A DNA stretch of 64,000 bases, from positions 2,351,305-2,415,304 of the forward strand of contig MU058451.1 in NCBI GenBank assembly GCA_013265495.1, in the 5' to 3' direction. Positions 37,536 to 51,250 of this stretch are shown piece after piece (position 1 is the stretch's first letter; the number at the start of each line of letters is the position of its first letter). The stretch comes from Vicugna vicugna. Taxonomy: Eukaryota. Under the pieces are notes generated by a model that made no database searches, was not told the DNA's origin, and saw only the letters and a program-made list of their open reading frames with translations. The position numbers and the translations under genes were made by a program.

Positions 37536-38385
37536 TGAAAAAAATTTTTATTGAAGTGTAGTTGATTTACAATGTTAGTTTCAGGTGTACAGCAAAGTGA
37601 TTCAGTTATACATGTATATACTTATATATTTTTTCTTTTCAGAATCCTTTCCATTACATGTTATTACAAGAAAGTGAATATAGTCCCCTGTGCTATACAG
37701 TAGGTCCTTGTAGTTTTTCTATTTTATATAAAGTAATGAAAGTCTATTAATCCCCAACCCCTAATTTATCCCTCCCTACCCTTCCCTCTTTGGTAACCAT
37801 AGTCTGTTTTCTATGTCCTTGAGTCTGTTTTTGGTTTGTATACAGAATTTCTATCATTTTTTTAAGATTCTACATATGAGTGATATCATATGGTATTTGT
37901 CTTTTTCTGTCTGACTTACTTCACTCAATAGGATAATCTTTAGGTCCATCCATGTTGTTGCAAATGGCATTATTTCATTCTTTTTTATGGCTGAGTAGTA
38001 TTCCTATATATACATATACATATACCACATCTTCTTTATCCAGTCATCTGTTGATGGACATTTAGGTTGTTTCCATGTCTTGGCTGTTGTAAATAGTGCT
38101 CCTATGAACATTGGGGTGCATGCGTCTTTTCGAATTATAGTTTTCTCTGAATGTATATCCAGGAGTGGGATTGCTGGATCATATGGTAAGTCTATTTTTA
38201 GTTATTTAAGGACCCTCCATACTGTCCTTCATAGTGGCTGCACCAATTTACATTCCCACCAACAGTGTAGGAGGGTTCCTTTTTCTCCACACCTTCTCCA
38301 GCATTTATTATTTGTTAACTTTTTAATGATGGCCATTCTGACTGGTATGAGGTGATACTTCACTGTAGTTTTGATTTGCATTTCT
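37536..38385 (-). mobile_element. L1 3' portion (artiodactyl-type)
   Basis: Antisense L1 ORF2 end and 3' UTR; 13-bp TSD ag(g/a)tttgactttt at 37523-37535 and 38386-38398. Confidence 0.92.
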
Positions 38386-41300
38386 AGATTTGACTTTTAT
38401 TAAATTCAATTAGGTGACCTCTGAGGTCCTTGCAAGTCCCAGGTGACTATGCCAAAAATGGTCCTGTGGGTGTGCACATCTTTGTGGGCTGGTTGAATGA
38501 ACCTGAGCTCTGAAGTCCCTCCTCACATGAGTGTGTGCAGAGCTAGGAGACAGGCCCCCTTGCTGCTAAGCTCTAAGGACCAGTCCATGCCCGACCTCCC
38601 CAGACAGCCCAACTTCATGGGGTTCTCAGAGTTCAGAGTTCTTTGTATACTGAAGAATTTTGAACAAATGAACAACTATTTTGTTCTGATCTGGTAATAT
38701 GTGAATTACTGGCAGGAATGCTGGTTTTTATCAATTTCTCTCCAAACGGACTATTGCAGAAGGCTATTCAGTGCCGGAAGATTTAAATCTGCAACATGGT
38801 TGGTATTGCTGAATGAGACCCCTGAGTGCTCCAGGGCTTCTTGGTCCTGTTTTATTCCCAATAAGGCCAAAAGACAACCAAAACCAAATCTTAAAAAGAA
38901 AAAGAAAATCACTTATAGGCTCATGGTAGCCCATGCTCTCTAGTTGCTTTGGGAATACTTGAAGCCTGAACACCAGCAACCACACGTCCTGCTTCGCGGA
39001 GTCCAGGAGCCAGTGACACCTGGTCTCTTCCATCCAACAAGAGATGCGCATGTGAGATGAAGGCCAGGTCTCAGGGAGCAGGCTGGGTGTTTTAGCTCTT
39101 GCAAAACCGCCTGGATGATTTTATTGTGTCAGGCAGGTCCTCAAGCACTGTGAAGAAGACCGACATCACTCCAAGAATGTCCTACACGCTGGCATGGTGG
39201 CTCACTCTTTCACTCGATGCCATGAACAGATTTTCAGAATTCTTATGTGGCTGCTTCCCTCCCAAGGTATGTTTAAAGGCTTCCAAATAATATTCCCTTA
39301 TCTGTCTGATGAGATAATTCAACCCACATCTTACTGATAACCCTGAATACAATTGTTTATAAATATGACAGGACTTCTTTCTAAAAGGCAATGAAGACGA
39401 TTTATCTTCTCTGTAAACAGCAATCACGACCATTTGCTGAGTCTCCCTCAGCCACAGTCACGACATCCAGCCCTTTGCCTGCGTGACCTTAGGTGTTAGC
39501 ACAGCCCTGCAAGGTAGGTCCTCCCCGTGAGAAATTCAGCAACCTACTCGAGCTAGCAAGTGGCAGAGCAGAGCACTGAGCCCAGCCCACATCCTCAATC
39601 ACATCACTTTATTTCCTTCAAACATAAAAACTGTTCACATTTAGCCTAGCCAATTTCAGCATAACTCTTTTCAATCTCATTATTCCAAAATCACTCTTAT
39701 TACCTCTTCCATACTCACTCTATTAATTGTTTCCCACAATAATTAATTGAGACTGGCTCATAAAACTATCTCCATTTTCTAGAGAAGGGCTTTATTACCT
39801 TTCCAGGACGACACAGTCACATTCCACCTCCAGCCTTTCGGGGGATGTCTGAGGCTCTGTTCAGTGCTTTTAGAATACTTGCAGTTTTGGCTAAAACTAA
39901 ATTGCTGTAGTAATTATTTTGTCACTTGGAGTGACCCAATGGCCACAAGCGTAGTGACTTGAGTCTACATTTCTGAACATTCTGAAGGTGCCAAGTCTTG
40001 CTCTTTCCTCATCTCTCCTCCCTGTTGTTTTCAGGAGAGTTCATGTCTCACCTTCCTGCGGTTGTCGGAAGGAGGGAGAACTGAGGTGCAGGGTTTGCCT
40101 GGGATTGTGGGATGGAGGATACCCAGTAAGAGGCAGTGCCGGGACTGCACAGGTGAAAATGGACAGAGAAAGAGAGTGGAGGGCTTGGCTGTGATTTACA
40201 GGGAGAGATAAGTCAAATGTGTTCAGGAAAGTCAAGATGGGCACGAGCTGAGGACCAAGTGCCTCCTCTCACAGGTACTAACAGAGCACTCACCCAGCCA
40301 CTTCCTTCCTTGCTTGTGTGTCATGAGCTCAGCTGAGGAATCAGGGTGCTCCACCCACCCCACCCCCAACTCATCACCCACCTCTTTCCCAGAAATGACA
40401 CTTTACAGAGTAAAAAAGAGCATGGGATGAGATGGGTTTGCTTTGCCTTCGACAGCAAAATGCCCGCAAGAATAGGATCATGCAGCAACCCTCAAAATAA
40501 CCACATGACATTTAGCAAGACCCAAGTAACAGTCATTTCATAGAACAATGTGCAACAGAGTAGCTTCGCAAGCAAAAACTAAAATTTGACAGTCCACGAC
40601 GATGTTTTACTATGCACCTCCAAATCTGTCCAGAAGCTGGTAAAATCAACAGAATCCTTCTGTTTAAACTACTCGAGCTGAATAAATTGTTACTTGCCAG
40701 AGGTCAGTTGCTTTAAAAGAAAGTAAGAATCCATTGTAAATATGCTACATAATATTTAAGGGTATTTTGTTTGGAATGAGGGAAAAATCACTTCATTTGG
40801 GGAGACATAGTCGAAGTCAGATTAGAAGCAAGTTCGACGTTGTCTGTTAACTGAAAGGGTAAAGAGACAAGACGTTCCGTCCCTATCGTCTGCAGTTCAC
40901 CCTCTGAGCACGGATAATCAGCAGTGTGATAAATGTAAAATAATACTGGGGAGTCGTGGGAAGGAGGTAAATCTGAGTTCCTTAATGAAAAACATCCTGA
41001 ATGCTGCTTAAATCTAAGCTGTGGATTCGTGAATTCAAAAACACACTAACTTAAGTACCCAGATCCCTCCATACAGCTTTGGCCATAAACAGACAACTAA
41101 ATGATTTCATTTCCAAGATCAGAAAATCTTTTCCTACCAAATCAAAACAAACTTACTCAGCATCCATTTGTATGTTATCATAGCTTACCAGCTGGAATCT
41201 TAAACGCTAGCTTTATGATAATTTATATGCTCTGGGATTTTTTTTAAAGGTATATATCCAAGACAATAGACGTAGCTTAGTTTGAAAGGAAAAAAAATTT

Positions 41301-42181
41301 TTAAGTGTTTGAAAGAAGTGGACGATGTTTCCTTTTCTTACTTCTGTCTTTTCAGCTCAACGCTTGTATCCACTTACGTGTGTATGTGTGTGTGTGCACG
41401 TGCATTCCTTGAGGAGAGAGTATCTGCATAGACACATAGAAATATTTTTGTCCCCGAAAGATTTTACAACTGTTTTAGGAATAAAGCCCCACAGGTTCGA
41501 GAACAGATGTCACCACCATTTCATGTATCGCTTGTTTTGGGCGTAGTTATAGCAATGCCAGAAACATGATGCCAATAAGATACTTTCCATGCCTCTTTGT
41601 GGTCTTGGTTTGCACGTGCATGTGTGTTTGTATCCACAGGATGGAGGTGAGCCTTTCCAGCCATTTCTGTAATTTCTAACTTTCCTCTTGTGGATTAGCA
41701 ATTCAGAAAACTGTGTTGAAACCAGTGCCTACTCTCCCCGCTTCGTTCTGCAGGTAATAAGAGTTTGAAATGCCAACGTAGCAGCATTAAATCATTCTTT
41801 GAGAGACAACAATGGTCTTCATTAGCAAAATGTGAATTTTATCTCATCCCCTTATGACACGCAGTCCTTTTTGGAGTCTTTGAACACGCTGCCTAGTGGA
41901 TCCTTTCATTTCCTACCCCCCAACCCATTTCACACTGTCCCCACCAATTTAATATCCTGAATCCCAGAAACAGACACATTGTTCCCATTAAAGTCAATGG
42001 TAACCATACATGTCCAAATGTGGCCTTCATTTTGAAGTAAGCGTCCAGGGTTTGTTTTGTTTTGCTTTTTCGCCCTACAGTGCTTGCTCATGTGCAACTC
42101 TTCCTGGGAGCAGATCTAACTGCTGGCTTCATTTCAGAATGCACACAGTGCTCCTATATGCAGCTCATTAACTCAGTCTCC

Positions 42182-42760
42182 TGTTGAGGCGGAAAGCCCC
42201 ATAAAAAGACAGGCAGGACCCCAAAGCAGGGCAACTACCCTCCTGCCAGCACCATCCAGTTCCCTGGCCCAGAGGCTCTATCTCACTTTTTGCCTCTGAA
42301 ACGGCTTACTTACCGCTAAAATTCTATTGGTTCCCTGAGCTCACTTCTGATTGGTTATTTCTCTCACTCCTGATTGGTTACTACTCTCATTTCTGACTGG
42401 TCCACTTCCCTAACTTATGATTGGTCCATTTGTAGTACTTCATTTGCATGGAGCTCATTCCTGATTGGTTATTTCTCTCACTCCTGATTGGCCTATTTCT
42501 ACAAAGTTTGTTCCTAGTTGGTCAATTTTTGTTATACTTTATTTGCATATGATATTGCAAAGTGTAAACTGGCAACCTATAAAGGCCTGTGTAACCGTAC
42601 AGATGGGGTCCAGAGCTTTGAGTGTTAATTCCTGTGGATCAGGTGGTGTAATAAACCTGAGTTCCCCAACTCTCTGAGTGCTGCTTGGGCTCTCCACTGG
42701 ATCCAGGTTGCTTTCACTACTGAGCTGTAACACCGAGCTATAACACGTTTTTCTGCAACA
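42182..42760 (+). mobile_element. ERV1-type solo LTR with tandem CCAAT boxes
   Basis: TGTTG...CAACA termini; six ATTGG, two ATTTGCAT, TATAAA 42578-42583, AATAAA 42650-42655. Confidence 0.85.
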
Positions 42761-43315
42761 CTGTAGTAAGAAAATGATAGGCTTCAAATTACAAAAGTCT
42801 TCCTTTGCAGTTAAGGACTGCCCTAACTTCTGGTCCCAATGCTCTTTGAGACTGACTCTATATGTATCATTTAAATGACTGAAAAGCCAGAAAGTCTTTT
42901 CTTCAGTAGACTTGAAGGTTTATTGCCCAGAGAATGTGAATTTTGTTTCTAAGGTATCATTTTCTTGTTTAAGGTCTATAACAAAATGCCAAGTCTCTCT
43001 TTGTATAAAATAAGAAAAATTGTTTTAAAAATTGTATTTGTAAATTTGATTACATTCTGATAGGAGCCTCAGACTATTCATTTCAGATGAACCAATGATA
43101 GGGCTTTGAAAATAATAAAATAAAAAGAGAATTATATAGCATTTTGATTAAGCCATTTGCCCTGCTTTCTAACAATTTCATGTTAGCCTGCAGTTTCATG
43201 TCTGCATACACAATCCAATAGGTTCAGGCAATTTCCATAAAGTTGGTAGTTTATTAAATAGCTCTTATGTTGGAACAAAGGGATGTCAGCTAAGGTGATG
43301 GCTACTCATTGTGGG

Positions 43316-43349
<34 letters not shown>
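43316..43349 (+). repeat. Poly(A) run of 34 nt
   Basis: Uninterrupted A tract. Confidence 0.95.
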
Positions 43350-43351
<2 letters not shown>

Positions 43352-43824
43352 AGGATGGGTGATGGGAAGACATGTAGGTTTTAGAGTCTTTCTCCTAAGG
43401 CAAAGAACAGGAATTTTGGCTCTAGAATTTGGGGAATTAGTAGAAAATTGGGCACTTTGACTATAGACTTAGCCATCACCTTTATTTCAGCAGTCAGGCT
43501 CTTACTATTGGGTAATCCATGTAGCTGTCAGCCTTGACAACAATATGGAGTCGAATTTAAAGCAGGATTAACTGTGCTAAGGGATGGTTTCAGTGTGTTT
43601 AGAACAAACTTGAGCAGAGATATTCACGCTGCCCTGTCTTCCTCTAAGAAGAGGCAGAAGAGATATCTGTTTTACCAATATCATGCCTTTGAAAATTCTT
43701 GCATTGTCCTTTATTTAATAATTTTTGCTTCAACAAAAATCCCCCTTTTAATGGTGTTTACAGAAACGCAGTGTCGGGCACAGAGGCAAAGGGTCCATGG
43801 ACCATGACAGCAGCATCACTCTCT

Positions 43825-44320
43825 GAGCTTGGCGGGATAATGCCCCCAAAGGTGTCCATGTCCTACCCCCAGAATCTGAATGTGTTACCTTACTTGGCAG
43901 AATTGATTTTGCAGATGGAACTGAAGTATGAACATTAAGAGCAAAAGATTATCCTGGATTATCCAAGTGGGTCCAATCTAACCACATGAGTCCTTAAAAT
44001 CCTAAGATCCTTTCCTAGCTTTGGTCAGAGAGAAAGATGTGGCCAGGAAAACCTACTCGACAAAATGTAACATAGTTAGTTTTGAAGATGGAGGAAGGGG
44101 GACCCAAGCCAAGGACTGTGGGTGGCCTCTAGAAGCTGAAAAAGGTGAGGGAACAGTTTGCCCCAAAAGCCCCCCAAAGGAACTGCCTACACCTTGCTTT
44201 TAGCTCAGTAAGACTCCTGTCTAACTTCTGACCCACAGAACTCTAAGGTAATACACTTGTGTTACAGTTAAGTCCCTACGTCTGTTCATTTGTTACAGCA
44301 GCAAGAGAAAACGAATCCAC
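43825..44320 (+). mobile_element. MLT1D-like MaLR LTR
   Basis: ataatgcccccaaaggtgtccatgtcct...gattatcctggattatccaagtggg...ttgttacagcagcaagagaaaacgaatcca. Confidence 0.85.
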
Positions 44321-44354
44321 TCTTACTGTCATCTGGACAAGGAAGTGAAGGGGC

Positions 44355-44555
44355 ACAGCATCTGGAGTCTGTCAGGCCTAGATTAAAATGCCAGTTCCAC
44401 TGCAGACCAGCTGTGTGTCTTTATGCAAGTGACTTGATCTCTCTGAGCCTCGTTTTCATAATCTGTAAACTAAAGACTGCAACACCTACCACACCAGATT
44501 GTTTGAGGGGTTAACACCTGGACCGTAGTGGTATTTCATAAATGAGGGCTTTTAT
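44355..44555 (+). mobile_element. MIR SINE
   Basis: gcaagtgacttgatctctctgagcctcgttttcataatctgtaaa. Confidence 0.7.
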
Positions 44556-46119
44556 TACACATCTTTCTCTGTTGAGCCCAACATGCAGTCATAAAATTCT
44601 TTATACTCTCCAGCTCCATGTTAATTTATGTCCAGTTTCCTGTATATTTCTATTAATTTTTTCCAGCACATAGCTCATCTCTCTTCTCAAGAAAACTCCA
44701 GCACTATGCCTCCCCCTGAATCAACAGCCATTAATAACTCCTAGCTCTGGAATAACAGCCTGTATTCTTGGCCTGGCATTCAAGGCCCTCCATCAGCTGG
44801 CCCTATTCTATCTCACCACCTCACTTATGGTGGTTTCATTGCAGCATGTTTCCCTGAGTGTGATCCCCTGACAGCAGACCAGTCACCAGTTTCAGGAACA
44901 CTGTGTAGGTGTCAGTGTTGTCAACCAGCTCCCTGGCCAGCTGGCCTCAAGACATGCCAACATTTCAGAAGCCCTGCCTGCGTGGACCTTCTGCCGTGGT
45001 CAGATTGATCTACCTCCTGCCCCGGGAGACATCCAGGTCTTCCACCCTCCACACCTTTGCTTCTGCAGGCTTTTCAATTTCTCGGGTGGTCTTCCTCAGT
45101 TCTCAGCCTATGTCCCATCTATGAATTTTGGACAGCCCCGGCCATTGGCCTCCCTGAACTGTGAGTCGACTTCAAGGTGTTGACATCCTATCTCCCACCT
45201 ATTTGGTCTAATGGGACCATTTTTCTGTTTGAAATCACCACACTGTGTTTACAGAATGTCTTCAAGGAATATTCTTCAATAGCCTCCATCCGAAGTTCCT
45301 CCACACAAGCCAGTGCTCACACACACATTTATGTTTCCTGTTTTCTCTCTTTTCTCCGAGTCGGCATCTTGCCCTCGTTGCTTCCCTCCCCCTGCAGGGC
45401 GTCCTCCAAAGCTTCTCTCCATGGAGACTCTCTCCCTCACCTTACGCACCTGTGGCCAGTGTGCCGTGGGATAGAACATCCCGGGAGAGCAGGGCTGGGC
45501 TGTGGTTCTCCGAGTGAGAGAAGGTTCTCCTGCCCCAATTACGTCCAAGGAATACAGAGGAGAGTTACTGTCTTTTCCAAACATCGACCATGGGCTGCAG
45601 CCAGTGCTCATGGCTCAGCTCCCCCAGCCCATGGGAGGTCTACAGAGGACGTGCCTGGGAAGCCCTACCTGGGAGGGCCCCACAACAGGGGCCTTGCCTA
45701 AGACCTTCAAGGTGGCTCACCCTGAAACAGAGGACCAGATCCTGCTGCGTGCTCTGTTTATTCAGGGATTCCTCTTGGGTTTGAGTTTGTGATTGATAGA
45801 TCCTCACATTATAGTTATTTGTTAATTTTTACTTCACTTAATGTCTTCTTGGACTGCACAGTGGGAATAGGGAGTGATGGTCAAACAATAGAGCCTGTAA
45901 AGTTCTGTTTAATTCTGAAGCTTTGGTTGTATTGAAATAGAGTCCGAGGTGGTAAAGGCAGATGGCCTGCAGGCCTCGCGGATTCCCTCAGTGGCTGAGG
46001 CAGGCCGCAGGCTGACTTTCTCTTGGGGCATTTGGTGGCCATCCTCATGGTCAGACTGCAGGAGGGAGGGGCTCGAACCTTCACCTTCATCCCAAATGTC
46101 TCCTTAGCTTCCTACTGAC

Positions 46120-46460
46120 ACCTGAGTAAGCTTCAAACATGCACAAAACTACAAAGAATGGTACCCTGAACCTCACACTCTTACCAACCCTCATATGCTT
46201 GGTCATCAGATCAAGAATTATCAATATTTTGCCAATCTTGTTTCATGCACCTTCATGTTTTTCCTGTAGGATTCCAAATCAAATATCAGGTAAACATACA
46301 GGCAATTATCACAGCTAACAAAATTAACAATAAATCCTTTCTATCTTATAAATACTCAAGCAATGTTAAAATCCCCCTGATTGTCTCAATGATGTCTTCT
46401 AAAATTGGTTTTCAAATCTATATCTCAACAGTTTACAACTTGTATTCGATTGATCTTTTA
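46120..46460 (-). mobile_element. Old L1MC-like fragment
   Basis: attatcacagctaacaaaattaacaataaatcc...aaaatccccctgattgtctc. Confidence 0.5.
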
Positions 46461-46474
46461 AGACCTAGGAGTCC

Positions 46475-46880
46475 CGCGGTAGGCAGAATAATGCCTCCCA
46501 AGGTGCCTCCGTCCCAGTCCCGGAGATCCGTGAGTGCTCCTTTATAAGGGATTTTGCAGACAGAACAAGCTGAGGGCCTGGAGATGGGACAATTAGCTCG
46601 CATTATGACGTGAGTCCATTCTGATCCAGTGAGTCCTCAAAATTAGGGAACCTCTCCCAGCTCTGGTCAGAGAGAGACATGATGATGAAAGAGGTCAGAG
46701 GGATGTAGCAGTTCTGGCTTTGAATGTGGAGGAGGGGGCCAGGAACTAAGGACTGTGGGAGCCTTACAGAAGCTGGAAAAGACAAGGAAACAGATTCTCC
46801 CTCCAGAGAGGAACACAGCCCTGGCCACACCTGGATTTCAGCCCCGTGAGGTCTGAGATCATGGCTGACTTCTCACGACA
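46475..46880 (+). mobile_element. MLT1D-like MaLR LTR
   Basis: ggtaggcagaataatgcctcccaagg...agaagctggaaaagacaaggaaacagattctccc. Confidence 0.8.
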
Positions 46881-47999
46881 GAGCTGGCAGATGATACACT
46901 TGAGTTGTTTTCATCCCCCATTCTCTTAATGGGGCACTGAAAATCACACCAAGGTGTAAGCTCTGACACCAGGTTCTTTCCTGAAACCAGGCTGGCGTTG
47001 GGCTGGAGGAGATATGAGGGCCTGCCTGAGACATCCAGGAAAGGGGAGGCAGGGGCCTGAGAAGTGCGGCCGGCCGAGCTTGTGGCCCTGCTGCCGCCGC
47101 TGCTGGTTCCTTGCGGCCACATCAGGCAAGAACGGAAGAGATTCCCACACCCCTCCCAGCGGGCTTCACCCTAAGATCAAGTCACCAAGATCATGCCACC
47201 GAAATTCTTCAAAGATCCTTCCTCTGCCCTCAGGCGCCCCCACACCATTCTCCCTTCCCTCCCTTCCTTCTGTGCCAGCCTCCTTTCCGAGCCTCGATGG
47301 TAGTGAGCTCTCTCCTGCCTCAGGACTCACACTGGCCAGTTCCTCCAGCCACCCCTCCTCAGGACCCGCTGCTTGTCAGCCTTCAGGTCTCAGATCCAGG
47401 AGGGGCTTCCTCTGGCCGCCCCATCTCAATTCTCTCTCCCCTCAAACAAATCATGTAACATTTTTCATTAGCCTCCTAACCATTGTCACCATCTGGGATT
47501 ATGTCCTAGAGAGAGGGGCTTGGTCTGTCTGATTCATGACCAGGTACCATCATCCATTCATCCATTCAACAAAGATGCAGGGAGAACCGGGCATCACCCT
47601 GGGCACCAGGAAAAACTAAGATCCACATACCCGGACCCTGCCTGTTCGTGGCATGTCTTCCAGCAGGAAGGAAAGCAGGTGACCACACCAGACTAAAGGA
47701 CGACCCCCGAGAGAGCACCCACAGCAGTATTGCTGGGAACTGAGGAGGGGCGGAGCCGCTGGGCTTGTCTGGAAAGGGGATGAGCGGCGACTCCGGCAGG
47801 GCTCGGAGCAGGCAGCACTGGCCTCCACAGGGGGACCATTTAGGTAGGTGGGGCCAAGGTGTGGAGCTGGGTTCATTCAGGATGCCTGTCAAGGCTGGAG
47901 TCTCACTGGACTAACCAGAACCTAAATAAGAGTATGTTCACCAGCAACTTCCTATGCTTTCCTAATATTAAAGGGCGACAGCTCCTGTGGTTTCCAGCA

Positions 48000-49215
48000 C
48001 CTCCAGTCCTCTAGCTTTTCACCTTCTGTCACCAGGCACCTCTTTTCAGTGTCCTCTTCTGCTGGCTTTCCTTTGTCCTGACATTTAAGTCCATCCTTGG
48101 GCCTCTTCTCTGCTCTGTCAATATTCTCTCCTTAAATGACTTCATTGAGGCCCATGGCTTAACTGCCTTATAAATACTGGTGGCCTCAAACTCCTACCTG
48201 CAGCCTAGCTAGCTGTCTGCCCTACAGTTCACACGCACAACTGCCGGGTGGGTTTCTCCACTGAGGAGTCCAAAAAGCACTTCCACCCTGCCCAGACCCA
48301 AACTCTAGATCATCATCCCCAGACACCTCCTCTCCCGGGAAATGGAATCCCCCCTCAACCAGTGGCTCAGGCAACAAATCCTAGGAACCAGCCTCACTCG
48401 CTTCCTTCCTCTCTCACCTCCCACATCTGACTCAATACCAAGTTCTATTGGTTCATCTTTGAAATGCACCCAGGATCTCGGGACCTCTCACCACCTGCTC
48501 TGCCCCATCCTCACCTAAGCCACCGTCATCTTTCAGCAAGACTCACGATGTAGCTTCCTAACTCATCTCCGTGTCTATTTCTGCCCACCTGAAGCCTGTC
48601 CTTTGAACAGATCTGGAAAGATAGATGCAAAATGTAAGTGAGAACAAGTCACAACCCTGCTCAAAACCCTCCAGGGACTTCTAGGTGCTCTCAGAACAAA
48701 ACTCTGATTTCTGACGTGGGCCCCAAAGTTCTCCAGGACCTTCCCCAACCACAGCTCCAGTCACCATCAGCCTCATCACCTCACACTTGCACATCACAGA
48801 GCTCCGGCCACGCCAGCCTCTTTGCTCTTCATGGAGTGCCCTGAGTTCATTCCCCCTGGAAGGGTTCCCATGGGGCTCTTCTCCCAGGTCTCCTCCAGGC
48901 TGCCTCCCTCCCTTCAGCCAGTTCTCTGCTCAGTTATCACCCGTGGTGACCAGTGGACCTATAGGAACCACACACCCCACTCCTAGCCTGGTGTTCTCTC
49001 ATCTCCTCACACTGCCTCATTTTGGGTGCTTATTGCCCCTAAAATTTTATTACATATTTAACCATTTCCTTGTTTATTGTCCACGTCCCCAGTAGAATGT
49101 AAGTTTCATGAGGGCAGAGATTCGTCTGTTTCATTCATTGCTAAATATTCAGCCCTTAGAATAATAGACACTCAATAAAAGCTTATTAGTTGAATGACTG
49201 AAAGAATGAATGAAT
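48000..49215 (+). mobile_element. L2 3' region
   Basis: Colinear L2 text ending tagaatgtaagtttcatgagggcagagat...gacactcaataaa...gaatgaatgaa. Confidence 0.8.
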
Positions 49216-50884
49216 GGTTAAAAACAGTGACCATGTTCAAAAATATCTAGCCCCTCCATATACACAGCATAGTTTTATTAATTCTCAGAAGTTCCCTGTG
49301 GAAATTAGGGAGTAGATCATTTCCCGCATTTATTGAAACCCAGAAGTAACCATTCATTTGACGTTAAAGACTGGTTATTCAGCTGAAGGAAGTAACTGCT
49401 AAATGTTGGTCTTTCAAATGAAGAGAATGAAGTATCATGATAGGTCTCCAGTGTGGGTGTTCTCATATGTTGTAAACTTATTTTATGCCAATTACATTAT
49501 TGCAACTTTGGAAGAAACGTTACTGGAATTAACTATATATTTTTTTAAAGATAGTCTTCATTTTTTAAAACTGAGAGAAATGCCGTCACTGTAAAGTTCA
49601 AGAAGTAAACTGTATCTTCTTTTTCTAGGTACCACTGATGGAAAAGCACATCACTAATAATATCACATGCGGTTTGGTAATTTTTAGAAGCTCCATTAAA
49701 GGTAATTCTTTAAAGTTTATAATTAAATAATCATCTCAAAGGAAAAACTGGGATCCTGTTTTCCTAAAAACATCTCCATTAAGACAATATAATCAAGCAA
49801 AGAGATTTACTTTGCGTTTAAATAATTACGAACACAAATGGTCCCCTTCCTCTACCTCCACACCCAAATGAGAAGTAATTTAGTATACTTTTGGGGATAT
49901 GATTTAGGTCTGCCAAACACTTAAGTAGAAAATTCTCCTAAGTTGTTTCAAGAAAATGGTAGTACTCTAAGAGGGCTGACATTCTAATATAGCCAAACAC
50001 AGTGTTTTTTCTAATTGTTTGGCTGCAGATGAAGATGTAAGGTTATAAGTATAAGAATTTATGAGATGATCAGTGATGGAACCTAATCCGTCTTAAGCTG
50101 TGAGCATGACAACTGGCAGTTCCCAGTGTGTATTAAGAGACAGAGATTTTTTTTTTTTTGCCTGAGGGTACATTCCCTTTCCAAAGCAGAATATTTTTCT
50201 TCTTTTGCTTTCTAAACAGATCATGTTAAGGTCCCTTCTTAATGGCTAATCTTTTAAGAAGGCAAGATAGATTGGAGAGAAAATACATGATAGATTTATA
50301 AATTTGGGGCAAAATGTAACATGAGGCATTCCAATATGCAATTTCAAATCAAAACCTTAACTTGGGCAAGGGACTTTATATCAACCAACAGCATTCTTTA
50401 GAAATGCCTGGCATTCAACTGGATAGAATTATATATTGAAATAGATTGTAGACATGTTGTGAATGTCTTCCCTCTAGCATCTGGTAGTATTAAAGCCCAG
50501 GAGAAAGAGTGGGTCACCGTGCCAGAATTTAAAAGCTGCCTTTTGGATAAATATGTGGAAAGGAGAGGAATTAAGTTATCAAAAGATTAGAAGAATTTGC
50601 TGAAAAGACTGAGGGTGCTAAAAGCCATAACTATTTGGAATCTGATAGCATGCAACTTTGGTGCTTTGTATCGCTAGTGTTGTTAGACAGATGAGGGTAA
50701 AAGTGAGCTTTCAAAAGAGGAAAAATAATGAATGAGTACAAGCATAAAAAGCAACAAGGCAATGCCCGATCTGTAAAAGTAAGTAGTACTTACAGTATTT
50801 GAGATACAATGTGGGGTAAGACCCAAGGGAAATCAGGCACCTTCTCCGTGATGCCTCCTCTGTATTTGGAAGAGAGTAGTGACT

Positions 50885-51250
50885 GGTGAGTTCTGTTAGT
50901 CAAGGTAAACTAACTGCTAAAAAATCACCCCCAGAAACTCAATGCTCATGGAAAGACCAGTTGGGTGTTCCCAGGCAGTGGACCCTGGTCAATCAAGGTC
51001 CCAGACCCCTTCCATCTTGTGACTCTCCCTTCCTTGAGGCTTGCATTATGGTCCTCTCGATTCAGCCAGCCAGTGGCAGAGAAAATAGAATAGAAGATAG
51101 TACATAGGAGGATTTTATGAAAAAGGACTCAAAACTCTCATGCTCCATTGGCCAGAACCTAGTGACATGACCTAACTCCATACCTAACTCCAACCCTAGG
51201 TTGGGTAACTAAGTCTGGCTGTGAGCTGAGGAAAAGAGGAAGCAAATATG
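50885..51250 (-). mobile_element. MLT1J-like LTR fragment
   Basis: ggtcccagaccccttccatcttgtgactct...ccattggccagaacctagtgacatgacc. Confidence 0.55.

Noticed and set aside
41730..41760. AG|GT recursive-splice-like site (ttctgcaggtaat)
   Set aside because: An isolated motif with no known host transcript; such matches are expected by chance.
42320..42500. Spaced ctgattgg repeats resembling a CRISPR-like array
   Set aside because: Eukaryotic DNA, short degenerate units and related spacers; these are LTR U3 CCAAT repeats.
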